Of a DNA stretch of 32,000 nt, positions 1 through 9,251 are shown in pieces. This DNA comes from Desulfovibrio subterraneus (lineage in GTDB: Bacteria > Desulfobacterota > Desulfovibrionia > Desulfovibrionales > Desulfovibrionaceae). The notes under the pieces are model-generated. The model was given only the letters and a program-made list of their open reading frames with translations. It made no database searches and had not been told where the DNA came from. The position numbers and the translations under genes were made by a program. Numbering within the stretch: the first letter of the stretch is position 1; every line of letters starts with the position of its first letter. The DNA lies in NCBI RefSeq assembly GCF_013340285.1, contig NZ_BLVO01000013.1, forward strand, positions 13,574 to 45,573. The letters run 5' to 3'.

Positions 1-2446
1 GTGGATAGAGCTTTTCTGCCCGCTGCCGTTGCCCCGCGAGGTTGAACAGGCGGGTGATGAGCAGGGCGCGGTCCTTGGGCAGCGGGTCCCTGTCGAGCAG
101 CGGGCCGAAGAATTCCAGCGCCTTCGCCGCCTTGCCGGTATTGCCGTATGCCTCGGCCAGCGCAAACCGGTCGTTCTCTTCAAGCGAGGCAAGGCCGTAT
201 GATTCATACATGTCGACGGAACGTTCGTACTTGCCAGTATACAGGGCGTTGCGGGCAACTTCCAGCATGGTGGGGCGGTCCTGCGGCCGGATGGCGAGGG
301 CCTGCTCGAAATAGCGCAGTGCCTTTGCCGTGTCGCCTGCGGCGGCCCATGCCGCGCCTGCACCGGATGCGGCCTCGAAGTCGTTGCGCGAGGCATCCGC
401 CAAGTGGGTCCACGTTTGTGCTGCAATGGTGTAGTGACCGGTGTCGAACGCCAGTCGTGCCACCTTGCGGCCGAGATTTGTGTCTGTCGTGTCAGCTCTG
501 TAAATCTGATACCAGAGGCGGAAGGCCTGTTCGACCAGTCCTGCCTCTTCTGCCATGGTGGCCCAGCGGCGCAGCAGAGCAACATCCTTGCCGGAGCGCA
601 TGAAGCGGGAAAGCAAAGACTCAAAGGCAGAGGCATCACCCTGTGCTGCAAGAGCCTGTGCGGAAGTCATGGCAAGGTCTTCATCATCCGGCCGCAGGGT
701 TCCTGCAATACGCAGGGCCTCCAGAAAACGGGCCGGATCGCCGGTAAAGGAGGCTATTTCCACCATGCGCATCACCTGCTCCCTGTCGCCCTTGGAGAGA
801 CGGGCCGCCTTGACGGCATAGGGCAGCGCCTTGACCGGATTCTCAACCCACAGCAGCACTTCGGCGGCTGTGTCCATGACTGTGCGCGAGGCAGGGTGCA
901 GTGTTGCCGCAAGCGTTGCAGCTTCTTCCACCGTGGCAGGGGTACCGGTGTAGCCTGCTGCTTCCAGCATGGTCAGGGTATCCGGCTCAAGCCGTGTGGC
1001 GGTGGCAATCTTCTTCAGCAGGCGGTAGGCTTCTGCCGGTTCGCTGACTGTGAGCAGGGCGTCTGCTCCGGCTCTCATGAAATCCACATTGTCCGGTTCG
1101 CGGCCAAGAGCAAGGCGCACGGCATCCACTACAAGGGGGGGCTGACCCGTGGCTGCCGCCACATCAAGCAGGCGGACAAGCTGTTCGTGATCGGGGGTAT
1201 TTTTGTCCGCTGCTTCGCGCAGCAGAACATAGGCTTTTTCGGGCTCGTTCAGCGCAAGGTGCAGTTCGACCTTTGTTTCCACTATATCCGGCCTGTCGGT
1301 GGGGAAGGGCAGAGCCTTTTCCAGAGCAAGGCGCATGGTGGATGGTTCACCCGAAAAAAGCGCGGCCGTGAGCATTCTGCCGAGAATTCTGAGCGTATCA
1401 ACGGCAGTGGCAAGCAGCCTGTCAAACAGGTTGAGCGCCTTGTCCACCTGATTGTTCGCCAGATACACCTCGGCGAGCTGTTCCGCATATTCGGTCTTGT
1501 CAGGCACGGCGTTGGTAAGGCTTTCCAGCGCATATTCCACAGTCTGCATGTCTTCGGCATCACGCGCGGCTCTGCTGAGGGCGACGAGAACCTCTTCGTT
1601 GCGGGGCACCTGACGGTCTACGTCTTTGAGGTAGGCAACGGCCTCGGGGAGCAGGTTGTTCCATTGCAGCACCTGCGCAAGGCGCAGACGGGCGGCCACA
1701 CCGCCCTGCAATGTATCAAGGCGCGTTGCAAACTGCCCGCCCTGCTGCACCATGCCGGTGCGCATGAAGTGTTCCAGACAGTAGGTGGTGTATTCTTCCG
1801 TGGAAACCGTTGCGCCGTCGCGCAGTTCTTCTTCGAGATTTTCGGAAACGACGAAGAGTTGCTGCATCAGCAGGTCGCGCAGGGGATCATAATCACCGGC
1901 AAGGCGCAATCCGGCAAGGCCGAGCAGTTCTTCACGCAGAACAGAGCGGATGGCCAGTGCGGTTTTCGTCGCGGTTGTACTTTCCAGCTGGATGAGGCGG
2001 GCCAGAGCAAGGCTCTCTTTATCCGGCATGCCGTAGTAGCGGTAATGCGAGACAAGTGTGCGCAGAATATCTGTACGGCCGGGGTCTGCCGCGAGTATTT
2101 CCTCATACACGGGCATGGCCAGAAGCGGCTGCATATTCCACTGATAATAGGTGGCCAGCGAGTTCAGCATGGCAACGTTGCGCGGCTTGAGCGGGCGCGC
2201 CTTCAGCAGGAAATCAATGGCCTGTTCCGGCTTGCCGAGCAGGTGATAGACCTCGGCAGCCGTTATGAGCAGGGGGTAATCTGAGCCGTCTTCAGCCACC
2301 GCCTTGTCTATGATGTCTTTGGAGCGCTGGATGTCGCCGCTCGCAAGATACAGCTCGGCCAGCTCCCGCCTGGTGGGGTAGACAAGCAACGTCAGGGTGA
2401 ATACCGCGACGAAGAAGCAGAGGACGTAGAACGGATTGATTCTCAC
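1..2446 (-). CDS. TPR-repeat protein with N-terminal membrane anchor (PelB-like exopolysaccharide export scaffold candidate); 3' end lies outside the window
   Basis: My own minus-strand translation is open from GTG at 2446 to the window edge. This ORF is missing from the track because no stop lies in the window. It begins VRINPFYVLCFFVAVFTLTLLVY (one hydrophobic helix) and is followed by repeated TPR-like A/L/Y-rich helices, for example LAELYLASGDIQRSKDIIDKAV and ALRYFEQALAIRPQD. The GTG start overlaps the upstream gene's stop as GTGA. Confidence 0.7.
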   Translation of the reverse strand, partial: MRINPFYVLCFFVAVFTLTLLVYPTRRELAELYLASGDIQRSKDIIDKAVAEDGSDYPLLITAAEVYHLLGKPEQAIDFLLKARPLKPRNVAMLNSLATYYQWNMQPLLAMPVYEEILAADPGRTDILRTLVSHYRYYGMPDKESLALARLIQLESTTATKTALAIRSVLREELLGLAGLRLAGDYDPLRDLLMQQLFVVSENLEEELRDGATVSTEEYTTYCLEHFMRTGMVQQGGQFATRLDTLQGGVAARLRLAQVLQWNNLLPEAVAYLKDVDRQVPRNEEVLVALSRAARDAEDMQTVEYALESLTNAVPDKTEYAEQLAEVYLANNQVDKALNLFDRLLATAVDTLRILGRMLTAALFSGEPSTMRLALEKALPFPTDRPDIVETKVELHLALNEPEKAYVLLREAADKNTPDHEQLVRLLDVAAATGQPPLVVDAVRLALGREPDNVDFMRAGADALLTVSEPAEAYRLLKKIATATRLEPDTLTMLEAAGYTGTPATVEEAATLAATLHPASRTVMDTAAEVLLWVENPVKALPYAVKAARLSKGDREQVMRMVEIASFTGDPARFLEALRIAGTLRPDDEDLAMTSAQALAAQGDASAFESLLSRFMRSGKDVALLRRWATMAEEAGLVEQAFRLWYQIYRADTTDTNLGRKVARLAFDTGHYTIAAQTWTHLADASRNDFEAASGAGAAWAAAGDTAKALRYFEQALAIRPQDRPTMLEVARNALYTGKYERSVDMYESYGLASLEENDRFALAEAYGNTGKAAKALEFFGPLLDRDPLPKDRALLITRLFNLAGQRQRAEKLYP

Positions 2447-4557
2447 TGAATGCTGATCTCCACCCCGCCGGAAACCATGCCGGACAGGACAAGCGTGCCT
2501 TGCCTGTCGACAGTTACCGTATGCTTGCCGTTAACGGAGTCCACCGCCACCCGGGTGTCCGGTGGCAGGCCGCCGAGCGTGACCGTGCCTTTGCCGAATC
2601 CGTCATGCTGGAAGCGGACCTTCCGTGCATCGTATGTGAAGCCGCGTATCCAGCCGGTGGCGCTGCGGATGAACGGCCGTGCGTTGCGCGGATGGTCGGC
2701 GAGCACTATGCGGGCTTCACCGGCATCCGGTGCCAGATGCACGAAAAGCCCCTGAGGCTGCACATCGTAGCCGAGCACGTTCACCGAGTGCTCAAGGTCC
2801 GGCAGCTTTGCCGTGTCGTCATAGCGCACGCTGAGGCAGGCTCCGTAGTTGGTGAAGACATCGGCATCGCCGTCGCGCGCCACATGGGCCTGCGTAAAGG
2901 ACTGCACCATGGGGGGATAGGCGGATGTGAACACCCGTGCGGTATCCTGACGGGCCATCCAGTCATAGACGTCCAGCACAGCCTGCAATGATGCTTCATA
3001 TTCCGCACTGTAGAAGTGGTAGTACGCGTTAATGGGCATCAGTCTGCGCGGACTGCCTGTCCGTTCCATGGTGCGCGTGATGTAGCGGTAGGCATGGTAG
3101 GGGCCGGTCCACAGGTTTGTCAGAATATTCTCGTTGGCCTGTCCGGTGAAAACTTGCACATACGGCCCGACCTGCTTGTACAGGGGAGAGACCGTGGTGA
3201 GCGAGTTGTTGTGCTCGTCATAAATGGTATCGCCGCCGTTGATGTTCTGCAGGCCCGCCCCGGCCACTATGCGCATGACCGGTGTTTTGGGGTCGCATGA
3301 GCCGGACCACTGCATGAGGCGGCAGGGCTTGCCCGCCGGCGCGAGATGTTCGGTTATCCAGCGCGCCGACTCCACGATTTCCTTTTTGGGGTCGAAGGTA
3401 TAGCCCTTGACGGGGATACCGTATTGCTCAAGGCCAAGTTTCTCTTTGAACATCATGGCCTTGGCGTCATCGCCGGAATCCCAGTAGAACGGATGGCTGA
3501 AACTGTGCGACCCCGGTTCCACGTTGGGCATGGCGAACATGCTGCGGGCCACGTCCATGAGGTGGGCGTTGCCTTCGTATTTCGGGTCCACTTCGGCCTG
3601 AATGACCGATACGGTCACGGGAAAATCCACTTTGGCGAGCACCCGGTCACGGATGATCTCGGCGCAGTTCCTGGTCTTGTCCACATTGGTGAAGCCGTTG
3701 AATCCGTCGGCATCAATGTGCGAAAAGGCTATGCGTTTGCCGTTCAGCGTGGTGGGGGTGAGGGCTGGCTGGCCACGCAATCCCATGCTGTCTGCAACAA
3801 AGGCGAAGGGGTCAATATAGAGCTGCTTGCGAAAATCTGCGGGGTCCATCCAGCGGATGTATTCCGGCAGGACCATGGCACCCGCTTCGGACACGGCAAC
3901 GGCAATGCCGGTTGTGCCCTGCGCCTTGTTGCGCACGGTGAGCCACGGCGTGAGGCTCTTGTCGCCGGTGGCGGTGAACCGTTCAAAGACAGGCGGCAGG
4001 GGGGGGAGCCTGCGTTCAAAGTTCATCTGGCTGCCGACCGTTTCATAGGCGAGCAGAGTGCCTGCGGTGGTGGTTTGCTGTTCAAAGGCGAGGCCGAGCC
4101 GCGCCAGCAGTCTTGCGAGCGCCTCCTGTGTTGCGGGCGATGCTCCCTCTGCAATCTGCGTGGGATGGTTGAGGAAGATAATTCGTATGCCACGCTCGGA
4201 GGCAGCCAGAAGCCACCGGATGAGCCCTTCGGGATCATCTACGGTAAGTGCACTGTATGCGCAGACAACCGCACGCCATTCGGCAGGGTCGAGTTTGGCG
4301 GGCAGCGGATTGGCTACATCCTGATAGAATGAGAGCAGGCCGAAATAGTTGCCGGGCATGGCAAAGGCTCTGCGCCATGGGTTGTCAGTCTCAAGCTGCC
4401 CCGCGGCGCCGCTGTAAAGGATGAGTACCTTGCGGGCCACCGGCACAGGGGCGGCATGGCCGGATTCGGCTGTACCCGCCAGCACGGCGCAAAAGATGAG
4501 CAGGCACAGGCATATGCCCGCCATTCTGAAGAGAAAAGGGGTGAGGCGCTGTTGCAT
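2443..4557 (-). CDS. Secreted polysaccharide deacetylase-like protein (CE4-like, PelA deacetylase-region-like)
   Basis: 704-aa ORF. It has an N-terminal signal-like segment (MAGICLCLLIFCAVLAGTAES). HSFSH matches the CE4 motif H[ST]xxH, and FSHIDADGF resembles a variant of the CE4 Asp motif. A GGGGGAAC Shine-Dalgarno-like element precedes the ATG. The gene sits between a lipoprotein gene and a TPR gene. Confidence 0.72.
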   Translation of the reverse strand: MQQRLTPFLFRMAGICLCLLIFCAVLAGTAESGHAAPVPVARKVLILYSGAAGQLETDNPWRRAFAMPGNYFGLLSFYQDVANPLPAKLDPAEWRAVVCAYSALTVDDPEGLIRWLLAASERGIRIIFLNHPTQIAEGASPATQEALARLLARLGLAFEQQTTTAGTLLAYETVGSQMNFERRLPPLPPVFERFTATGDKSLTPWLTVRNKAQGTTGIAVAVSEAGAMVLPEYIRWMDPADFRKQLYIDPFAFVADSMGLRGQPALTPTTLNGKRIAFSHIDADGFNGFTNVDKTRNCAEIIRDRVLAKVDFPVTVSVIQAEVDPKYEGNAHLMDVARSMFAMPNVEPGSHSFSHPFYWDSGDDAKAMMFKEKLGLEQYGIPVKGYTFDPKKEIVESARWITEHLAPAGKPCRLMQWSGSCDPKTPVMRIVAGAGLQNINGGDTIYDEHNNSLTTVSPLYKQVGPYVQVFTGQANENILTNLWTGPYHAYRYITRTMERTGSPRRLMPINAYYHFYSAEYEASLQAVLDVYDWMARQDTARVFTSAYPPMVQSFTQAHVARDGDADVFTNYGACLSVRYDDTAKLPDLEHSVNVLGYDVQPQGLFVHLAPDAGEARIVLADHPRNARPFIRSATGWIRGFTYDARKVRFQHDGFGKGTVTLGGLPPDTRVAVDSVNGKHTVTVDRQGTLVLSGMVSGGVEISIQ

Positions 4558-4588
4558 AGGTTCCCCCGGAAAAGCTCCCCGAAGGGGG

Positions 4589-5155
4589 TTAGCGGCCTTC
4601 CGTGGCGGAACTGAGCTCCTGCACGGCCTTTCGGCACAGGGTCTGCGTCAGCATGTTGAGCGAGGTGTCGCAGCCGAAGAAACAGCCGCTGCTTTCCGTC
4701 AAGGAAGCCGCCCAGATCACTTCACCGGTCTTTACATCCATCATGCGCAGGTTCACGCCCACAACAGGGCTCTGATCCAGCCCGCGCTTGTAGCGGAATT
4801 CACTGACTGAGCCGTAGAAGATGGTATCCACACCCAGAGTCTTTCCTGCACGACGGGCAACGGCCTTGTCCATCACGTAATCAAGGTCTTCTTCACCGCC
4901 CTTGAGTGATTCAATCATTGCCGTGGTTTCGAGGAATGCATATCCCTTGAGTCCATACAGTTCCGTGGAAAGAATGTCGCTGACAATGCGTCCCGCATTG
5001 GGGTGGGCAGTCAGGTTGACCAAAGGCAGCACGGCAGCGGTGCGCTCCCCGTCCGGCATGGCGGCGGAATTGAAGAAGTGTTGTTGCGAGGCTGAACAGG
5101 CCGTCAGCGAAATGAGAAGGCACGCGGTCATGATGCAGCGAAAGATGGTGTTCAC
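4589..5155 (-). CDS. Small outer-membrane-type lipoprotein, PelC-like
   Basis: 188-aa ORF with a GTG start preceded by GGGGGA. Lipobox L-T-A-C (MNTIFRCIMTACLLISLTAC). The core (AVLPLVNLT...GSVSEFRYKRGLDQSPVVGVNLRMMDVKTGEVIW) has the flavour of the PelC / TolB-N-like lipoprotein fold. The assignment is from memory of the family, not from a search. Confidence 0.62.
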   Translation of the reverse strand: MNTIFRCIMTACLLISLTACSASQQHFFNSAAMPDGERTAAVLPLVNLTAHPNAGRIVSDILSTELYGLKGYAFLETTAMIESLKGGEEDLDYVMDKAVARRAGKTLGVDTIFYGSVSEFRYKRGLDQSPVVGVNLRMMDVKTGEVIWAASLTESSGCFFGCDTSLNMLTQTLCRKAVQELSSATEGR

Positions 5156-5248
5156 GTATATCCCCCTGGTTGATTGCGTTAGATTTTCATAGCCTCAGGG
5201 CCGCTCTTTTGCAATAATAACAGTTATCAAAAACTCCAAGAGGGGCGC

Positions 5249-6271
5249 ATGGCTACCTACTTTATACACTATTTGAAATATCACGTAAGTAATATTTTGG
5301 CGTTCCACATATTTGTGCTCATTATGCTCGCGTTGTTCGGCTCGCTTGCCGGGTGTGGTCCGGTGGGCGATCAGGTGCCGGAGCGCAGGGCGGACTCCAC
5401 TGTCCGTGACGGAGCTGATTCCATGGAGGCGCCTGTGAGACATGTACGCATTGTACCGCATCCCCGGCGCTGGGCACTGTGGCTGCAGGGGGCGCAACCG
5501 GATGCGGTGGCTGCCTCGGCCACGGATCTTGTCGTGGTGGACTACTCGGCAGACGGCACGGATGCTGCCGCGTTTACCCCGCAGCAGGTTGCCCGCATGC
5601 AGCAGGGCGGTCGTAAGGTGCTGTGTTATTTTTCCATCGGCGAGGCAGAAAGTTATCGCTTTTACTGGGATGCGCAATGGAAGGAAGCGCCTCCTCCCTT
5701 CCTCGGACCCGAGAACCCCGACTGGCCCGAGAACTACAAGGTTATGTACTGGCACGAACAGTGGTGGGATCTGGTGCTTCGCCCCTACATGGACAAGATT
5801 CTGGCAGCCGGATTTGACGGCGTGTACCTTGATATCGTGGATGCATACTGGTTCTGGTATGAACAGGGCCGCGATCTGCAGCTGTGCGCTGACGACATGA
5901 TCCGGCTGGTTGCCCGCATCGCCAACTACATGCGGACCGCCGGAGGTGCCGATTTCATCATCACTCCCCAGAATGCCGAGGGCATTTTCAACGATGCTTC
6001 GGAAGCCTCTGTCGCACGGTATCTTGAGGTCATGGACATGATCGGGGTTGAATCGCTGCTTTTCAATGTCACTCCCGAAGACAGTGTCTACCGTACGACC
6101 ATGCTCAGAAAGGTCGCAGATGCGGGGAAGACCGTACTCAACATCGAGTATATTCCGCTGGAACGCATGGCAGAATACCGCAACGCATTGACCACGCTGC
6201 CGTTTGCGCCTGTACCCTATCGTGCCGAACCGGACAGGGCGCTGGATTCGCTTGCCCCGCAGACCCCCTGA
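5249..6271 (+). CDS. GH114 / PelA-hydrolase-like (TM1410-type TIM-barrel) glycoside hydrolase lipoprotein
   Basis: 340-aa ORF with lipobox L-A-G-C. Motifs WALWLQG, DLVVVDYS, VLCYFSIGEAESYRFYW and GFDGVYLDIVDAY are typical of the Glyco_hydro_114 / PelA N-terminal hydrolase family. AGAGGGG Shine-Dalgarno-like element. Confidence 0.8.
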   Translation: MATYFIHYLKYHVSNILAFHIFVLIMLALFGSLAGCGPVGDQVPERRADSTVRDGADSMEAPVRHVRIVPHPRRWALWLQGAQPDAVAASATDLVVVDYSADGTDAAAFTPQQVARMQQGGRKVLCYFSIGEAESYRFYWDAQWKEAPPPFLGPENPDWPENYKVMYWHEQWWDLVLRPYMDKILAAGFDGVYLDIVDAYWFWYEQGRDLQLCADDMIRLVARIANYMRTAGGADFIITPQNAEGIFNDASEASVARYLEVMDMIGVESLLFNVTPEDSVYRTTMLRKVADAGKTVLNIEYIPLERMAEYRNALTTLPFAPVPYRAEPDRALDSLAPQTP

Positions 6272-6365
6272 TTGTAGGCATGGCCTGACACCTGATGTAC
6301 GGTGATGACGGATGGTGCCTGAGGTGGCAGATGGTATCGGGCGATAGATGAAAAGAAAATCAATT

Positions 6366-6410
6366 GCAGAACGGCCCGCCGGACAACGGCGGGCCGTTCT
6401 GCTGTTTTTG
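6366..6410 (+). terminator. Rho-independent terminator downstream of the GH114-like gene
   Basis: 15-bp perfect stem GCAGAACGGCCCGCC / GGCGGGCCGTTCTGC with a 7-nt loop, followed by TGTTTTTG. Confidence 0.65.
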
Positions 6411-6694
6411 CGGGGAGTCGATCAGGCTTCGTCGGCGGGTACACGTGGGTATATGGGGGGGGGCTGCGCGGGCGTTTCTCTGATTTCCCCTAATTTTTCA
6501 GGGCTGTTGCCGGAACGGAAGTCTGACGGGGACAGGTGTGAGAGCGGGTGAGACGCCAGTGTTTTGACTGCAGAAGGAAAAAACTGCATATGGTGAAAGA
6601 TGGTAATTTTATTAACTTATCGTAAAGATGGTGAATGATGCTATTGAGAATAGTTATTGCATAAGCTCAGCCCAGACTCAATGGGGAGGGAATT

Positions 6695-7819
6695 ATGCCG
6701 GGGTTACAGCAAAATACAGGAATGCCTCAGTCTGCATCTGACAAGGCACAGCGCATTGTAGCGCGTCGTTTCAGGTACGCCGACCGTCATCCTCTGAACA
6801 GCCGCGACAGGGAGCTTGTCGAAGGCATGCGCGGGGTGGCGTTGGAGGCGGTAGAAATCATGCTGCAGATGGATATGGAAGCCTATCAGCTCGACAGGCC
6901 CATTCTGGGGGCGTTGCCGAGGTCCGGCGGGCCGCTGCGGGGGCAGTATACGCCCGAATCCTTTGTGCAGGGACGTTTTCACCTTGCTCCCATGCCGGGC
7001 GTTCTTGCCCGACTTGACGCATATTCCCGCAAGCATTCCGATTCCACCGATGAGCTTGCGGATATCATCCGCTACGATATGGTGCTCACCCTTGCGCTGC
7101 TGCGTCTGGTGAACAGCCCGTTATATGCGGGCGGCAGGGGCGAAGCTCCCATCGGTTCCGTGCGCGCAGCCGTAGGTATCGTCGGTGGCAGACAGCTTGC
7201 CGGGCTGGCATTTGCCGCAGGGCAGATGGGCAGCAGACTGAATGTGCCAGCGGAGCTTTCCATGACGGAATTCTGGCGGCATTCGCTGATGGTTGCAGGG
7301 CTTGCCCGCAGCCTTGCCAAGCGTGCCGGTTTTGAAGACCCCGAGCGATATTTCACCGCCGGACTGCTCCACGACATGGGGCGCCTGCTGCTTGTGGAAC
7401 GCCTCGGGCATGCAATTGCCGGAGTCTACGGCGAAGCCTCTGCGCAGGATATTCCGTTCCATGTGGCGGAAACACGTGCGCTGGGGTTCGACCACGGCGC
7501 AGTGGGCGCAGCCGCACTGCAGGCGTGGGGTGTGGATGCCCGTCTGGTGAAGGCCGTGCGGGAACACCACAGTCAGGACATGGCCTCCGACAGTCCGGAA
7601 TACGCTGCGGTGGTGGGTGTTGCCGACTTCATGGCGCGGGCGCTCGGATATGTTTACTGGACGGACGAGCACGTGCTGCCGCCTGCCAATGGCGCATGGC
7701 GTATGCTCGGCATACCGCTTGGGGATATTGCGGACGTGGCCAGGGATGGGTATGCGGAAATGGAACGGGCACTTTTTCTGTTCGCTGCGGAAGGCCGCAC
7801 CAATCGTCACGCGGCGTAG
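6695..7819 (+). CDS. HDOD domain signal-transduction protein
   Basis: 374-aa ORF with HDOD hallmarks: LLRLVNSPLY, GLLHDMGRLLL and LGFDHGAVGAAALQAWGV. An AT-rich upstream region and a GGGGAGGG Shine-Dalgarno-like element precede the ATG. Confidence 0.85.
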   Translation: MPGLQQNTGMPQSASDKAQRIVARRFRYADRHPLNSRDRELVEGMRGVALEAVEIMLQMDMEAYQLDRPILGALPRSGGPLRGQYTPESFVQGRFHLAPMPGVLARLDAYSRKHSDSTDELADIIRYDMVLTLALLRLVNSPLYAGGRGEAPIGSVRAAVGIVGGRQLAGLAFAAGQMGSRLNVPAELSMTEFWRHSLMVAGLARSLAKRAGFEDPERYFTAGLLHDMGRLLLVERLGHAIAGVYGEASAQDIPFHVAETRALGFDHGAVGAAALQAWGVDARLVKAVREHHSQDMASDSPEYAAVVGVADFMARALGYVYWTDEHVLPPANGAWRMLGIPLGDIADVARDGYAEMERALFLFAAEGRTNRHAA

Positions 7820-7889
7820 CGCTGCAGGCTGCGGCATTGCATCGGCCTGAAACATCGGGTCATGGTATTGGCGATTCTTTGAAAGAAAA

Positions 7890-7917
7890 GGGGCGCGAAC
7901 CTTGCGGTTCGCGCCCC
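7890..7917 (-). terminator. Rho-independent terminator for the ndk-proC transcript (also closes the convergent HDOD gene)
   Basis: 12-bp perfect stem GGGGCGCGAACC / GGTTCGCGCCCC with loop TTGC. On the minus strand it is followed by TTTTCTTTC. Confidence 0.65.
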
Positions 7918-7959
7918 TGCACACATTTCATACCCCCCGTCACTTGGGTATTTCTGGTG

Positions 7960-8757
7960 CTATTTGCTCATCTCAAGGCCGCGTTGGCGTGCCTCGAGCA
8001 CAGCGTCGATTATGTTACCCCGCACTGCCGTACGGTCGAGATGGTTAACGGCTGCGATGGTAACGCCTGCCGGGGAACAAACCATTTCGCGCAGAACGGA
8101 CAGATGCTGGTCCGACTCATCTGCAAGCTTCACTGAGCCCTTGAAGAGTTTGATGACCATATCTGTAGCGTCCTTCCGTGTAAAGCCCACGGTTACGGCT
8201 GCTTCCACCACGGCTTCCATAAAGTGGAAGACGTAGGCGGGGCCGCATCCGGCAACGGCGGTGAAGGCGTTGAACTTCTTTTCTTCCAGCACCAGGGCCT
8301 GCCCGATGGTGCCGAATATTTCCTGAATGGCTGTCTGGTGCTCGTCGCTGAGATCGGCGTCCTCGAAACACAGGGCAAAGATGCCTTCACCCACCATGGC
8401 GGGGGTGTTGGGCATGCAGCGTACAACGGGGCACGCCTTTTTGCTGTATTCCTTGAGCGCCGCCTGCGAAACGCCTGCGGCAATGGAGATGACAACCTTG
8501 TCCCTGGTCAGTGCAGGCGCGATCTTGCCCAGCACAGCTTCGACCATGTCCGGCTTGACGGCGAGAAGGATGTAATCAGCCTTTTCGGCTACATCTTTTT
8601 CGGACGCCAGAGGCTGGAAGTTGATGTCGTCCCGAAGGGCGGCAAGGGCGTTTTCGTTACGGTCAAAGCCGGTAAAGGCCAGACCTTCCTTTGCAGCGAG
8701 TCCCCTGAGGATGGCGGAACCCATGTTCCCGCATCCGATACAGCCAAACGTTTTCAT
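7960..8757 (-). CDS. proC: Pyrroline-5-carboxylate reductase
   Basis: 265 aa. N-terminal Rossmann motif FGCIGCGNMGSAIL, and a conserved C-terminal region VCSPAGVTIAAVNHLD. Its start overlaps the ndk stop by 1 nt (TAATG). Confidence 0.95.
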   Translation of the reverse strand: MKTFGCIGCGNMGSAILRGLAAKEGLAFTGFDRNENALAALRDDINFQPLASEKDVAEKADYILLAVKPDMVEAVLGKIAPALTRDKVVISIAAGVSQAALKEYSKKACPVVRCMPNTPAMVGEGIFALCFEDADLSDEHQTAIQEIFGTIGQALVLEEKKFNAFTAVAGCGPAYVFHFMEAVVEAAVTVGFTRKDATDMVIKLFKGSVKLADESDQHLSVLREMVCSPAGVTIAAVNHLDRTAVRGNIIDAVLEARQRGLEMSK

Positions 8758-9176
8758 TAGCCGGTGATCTCCAGAGCGTTGAAGAAGTAGCAGATTTCAA
8801 AAGCTGCGGTTTCAGGAGCGTCGGAACCGTGCACGGAGTTGGCTTCCAGGCTTACTGCGAAATCCTTGCGCAGGGTGCCTTCAGCGGCGTTGGCAGGGTT
8901 GGTGGCGCCCATCAGCTCGCGGTACTTGGCAATGGCGTCTTCACCTTCCAGCACGGAGCATACAACGGGACCGGAACACATGAATTCGACGAGGCTGCCG
9001 AAGAAGGGGCGTTCCTTGTGCACGTGGTAGAAGCCTTCGGCCTGCGCACGTGTAAGGTGGATCTTCTTCATGGCAACAACGCGCAGTCCTGCCTTCTGGA
9101 TACGGTCGAGAATGGCACCTTCCAGATTGCGTTCGGTCGCGTCGGGCTTGATGATGGAAAAGGTTCTTTGCAGCAT
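8757..9176 (-). CDS. ndk: Nucleoside diphosphate kinase
   Basis: 139 aa. Contains [21 protein letters not shown] and the active-site region NSVHGSDA. Confidence 0.97.
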   Translation of the reverse strand: MLQRTFSIIKPDATERNLEGAILDRIQKAGLRVVAMKKIHLTRAQAEGFYHVHKERPFFGSLVEFMCSGPVVCSVLEGEDAIAKYRELMGATNPANAAEGTLRKDFAVSLEANSVHGSDAPETAAFEICYFFNALEITG

Positions 9177-9251
9177 GACAGATATTCCTCCGATTGAATA
9201 CGTATTATTGCAAGGGCATCCGAAGCAGCATTGCCGGATGCCGTTCCCACA

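Noticed and set aside
404-2284. 626-aa plus-strand ORF, the longest call in the first 2.4 kb
   Set aside because: Its composition (Gly/Arg/Cys/His-rich, no recognisable motifs) is typical of the antisense shadow of a GC-rich gene. The minus strand in the same interval gives a clean TPR protein with a membrane anchor and a GTGA-coupled start.
6455-6463. G9 homopolymer as a phase-variation tract
   Set aside because: It lies in non-coding DNA more than 230 bp upstream of the HDOD gene and after the preceding terminator. It has no obvious relation to a promoter spacer or to any ORF.
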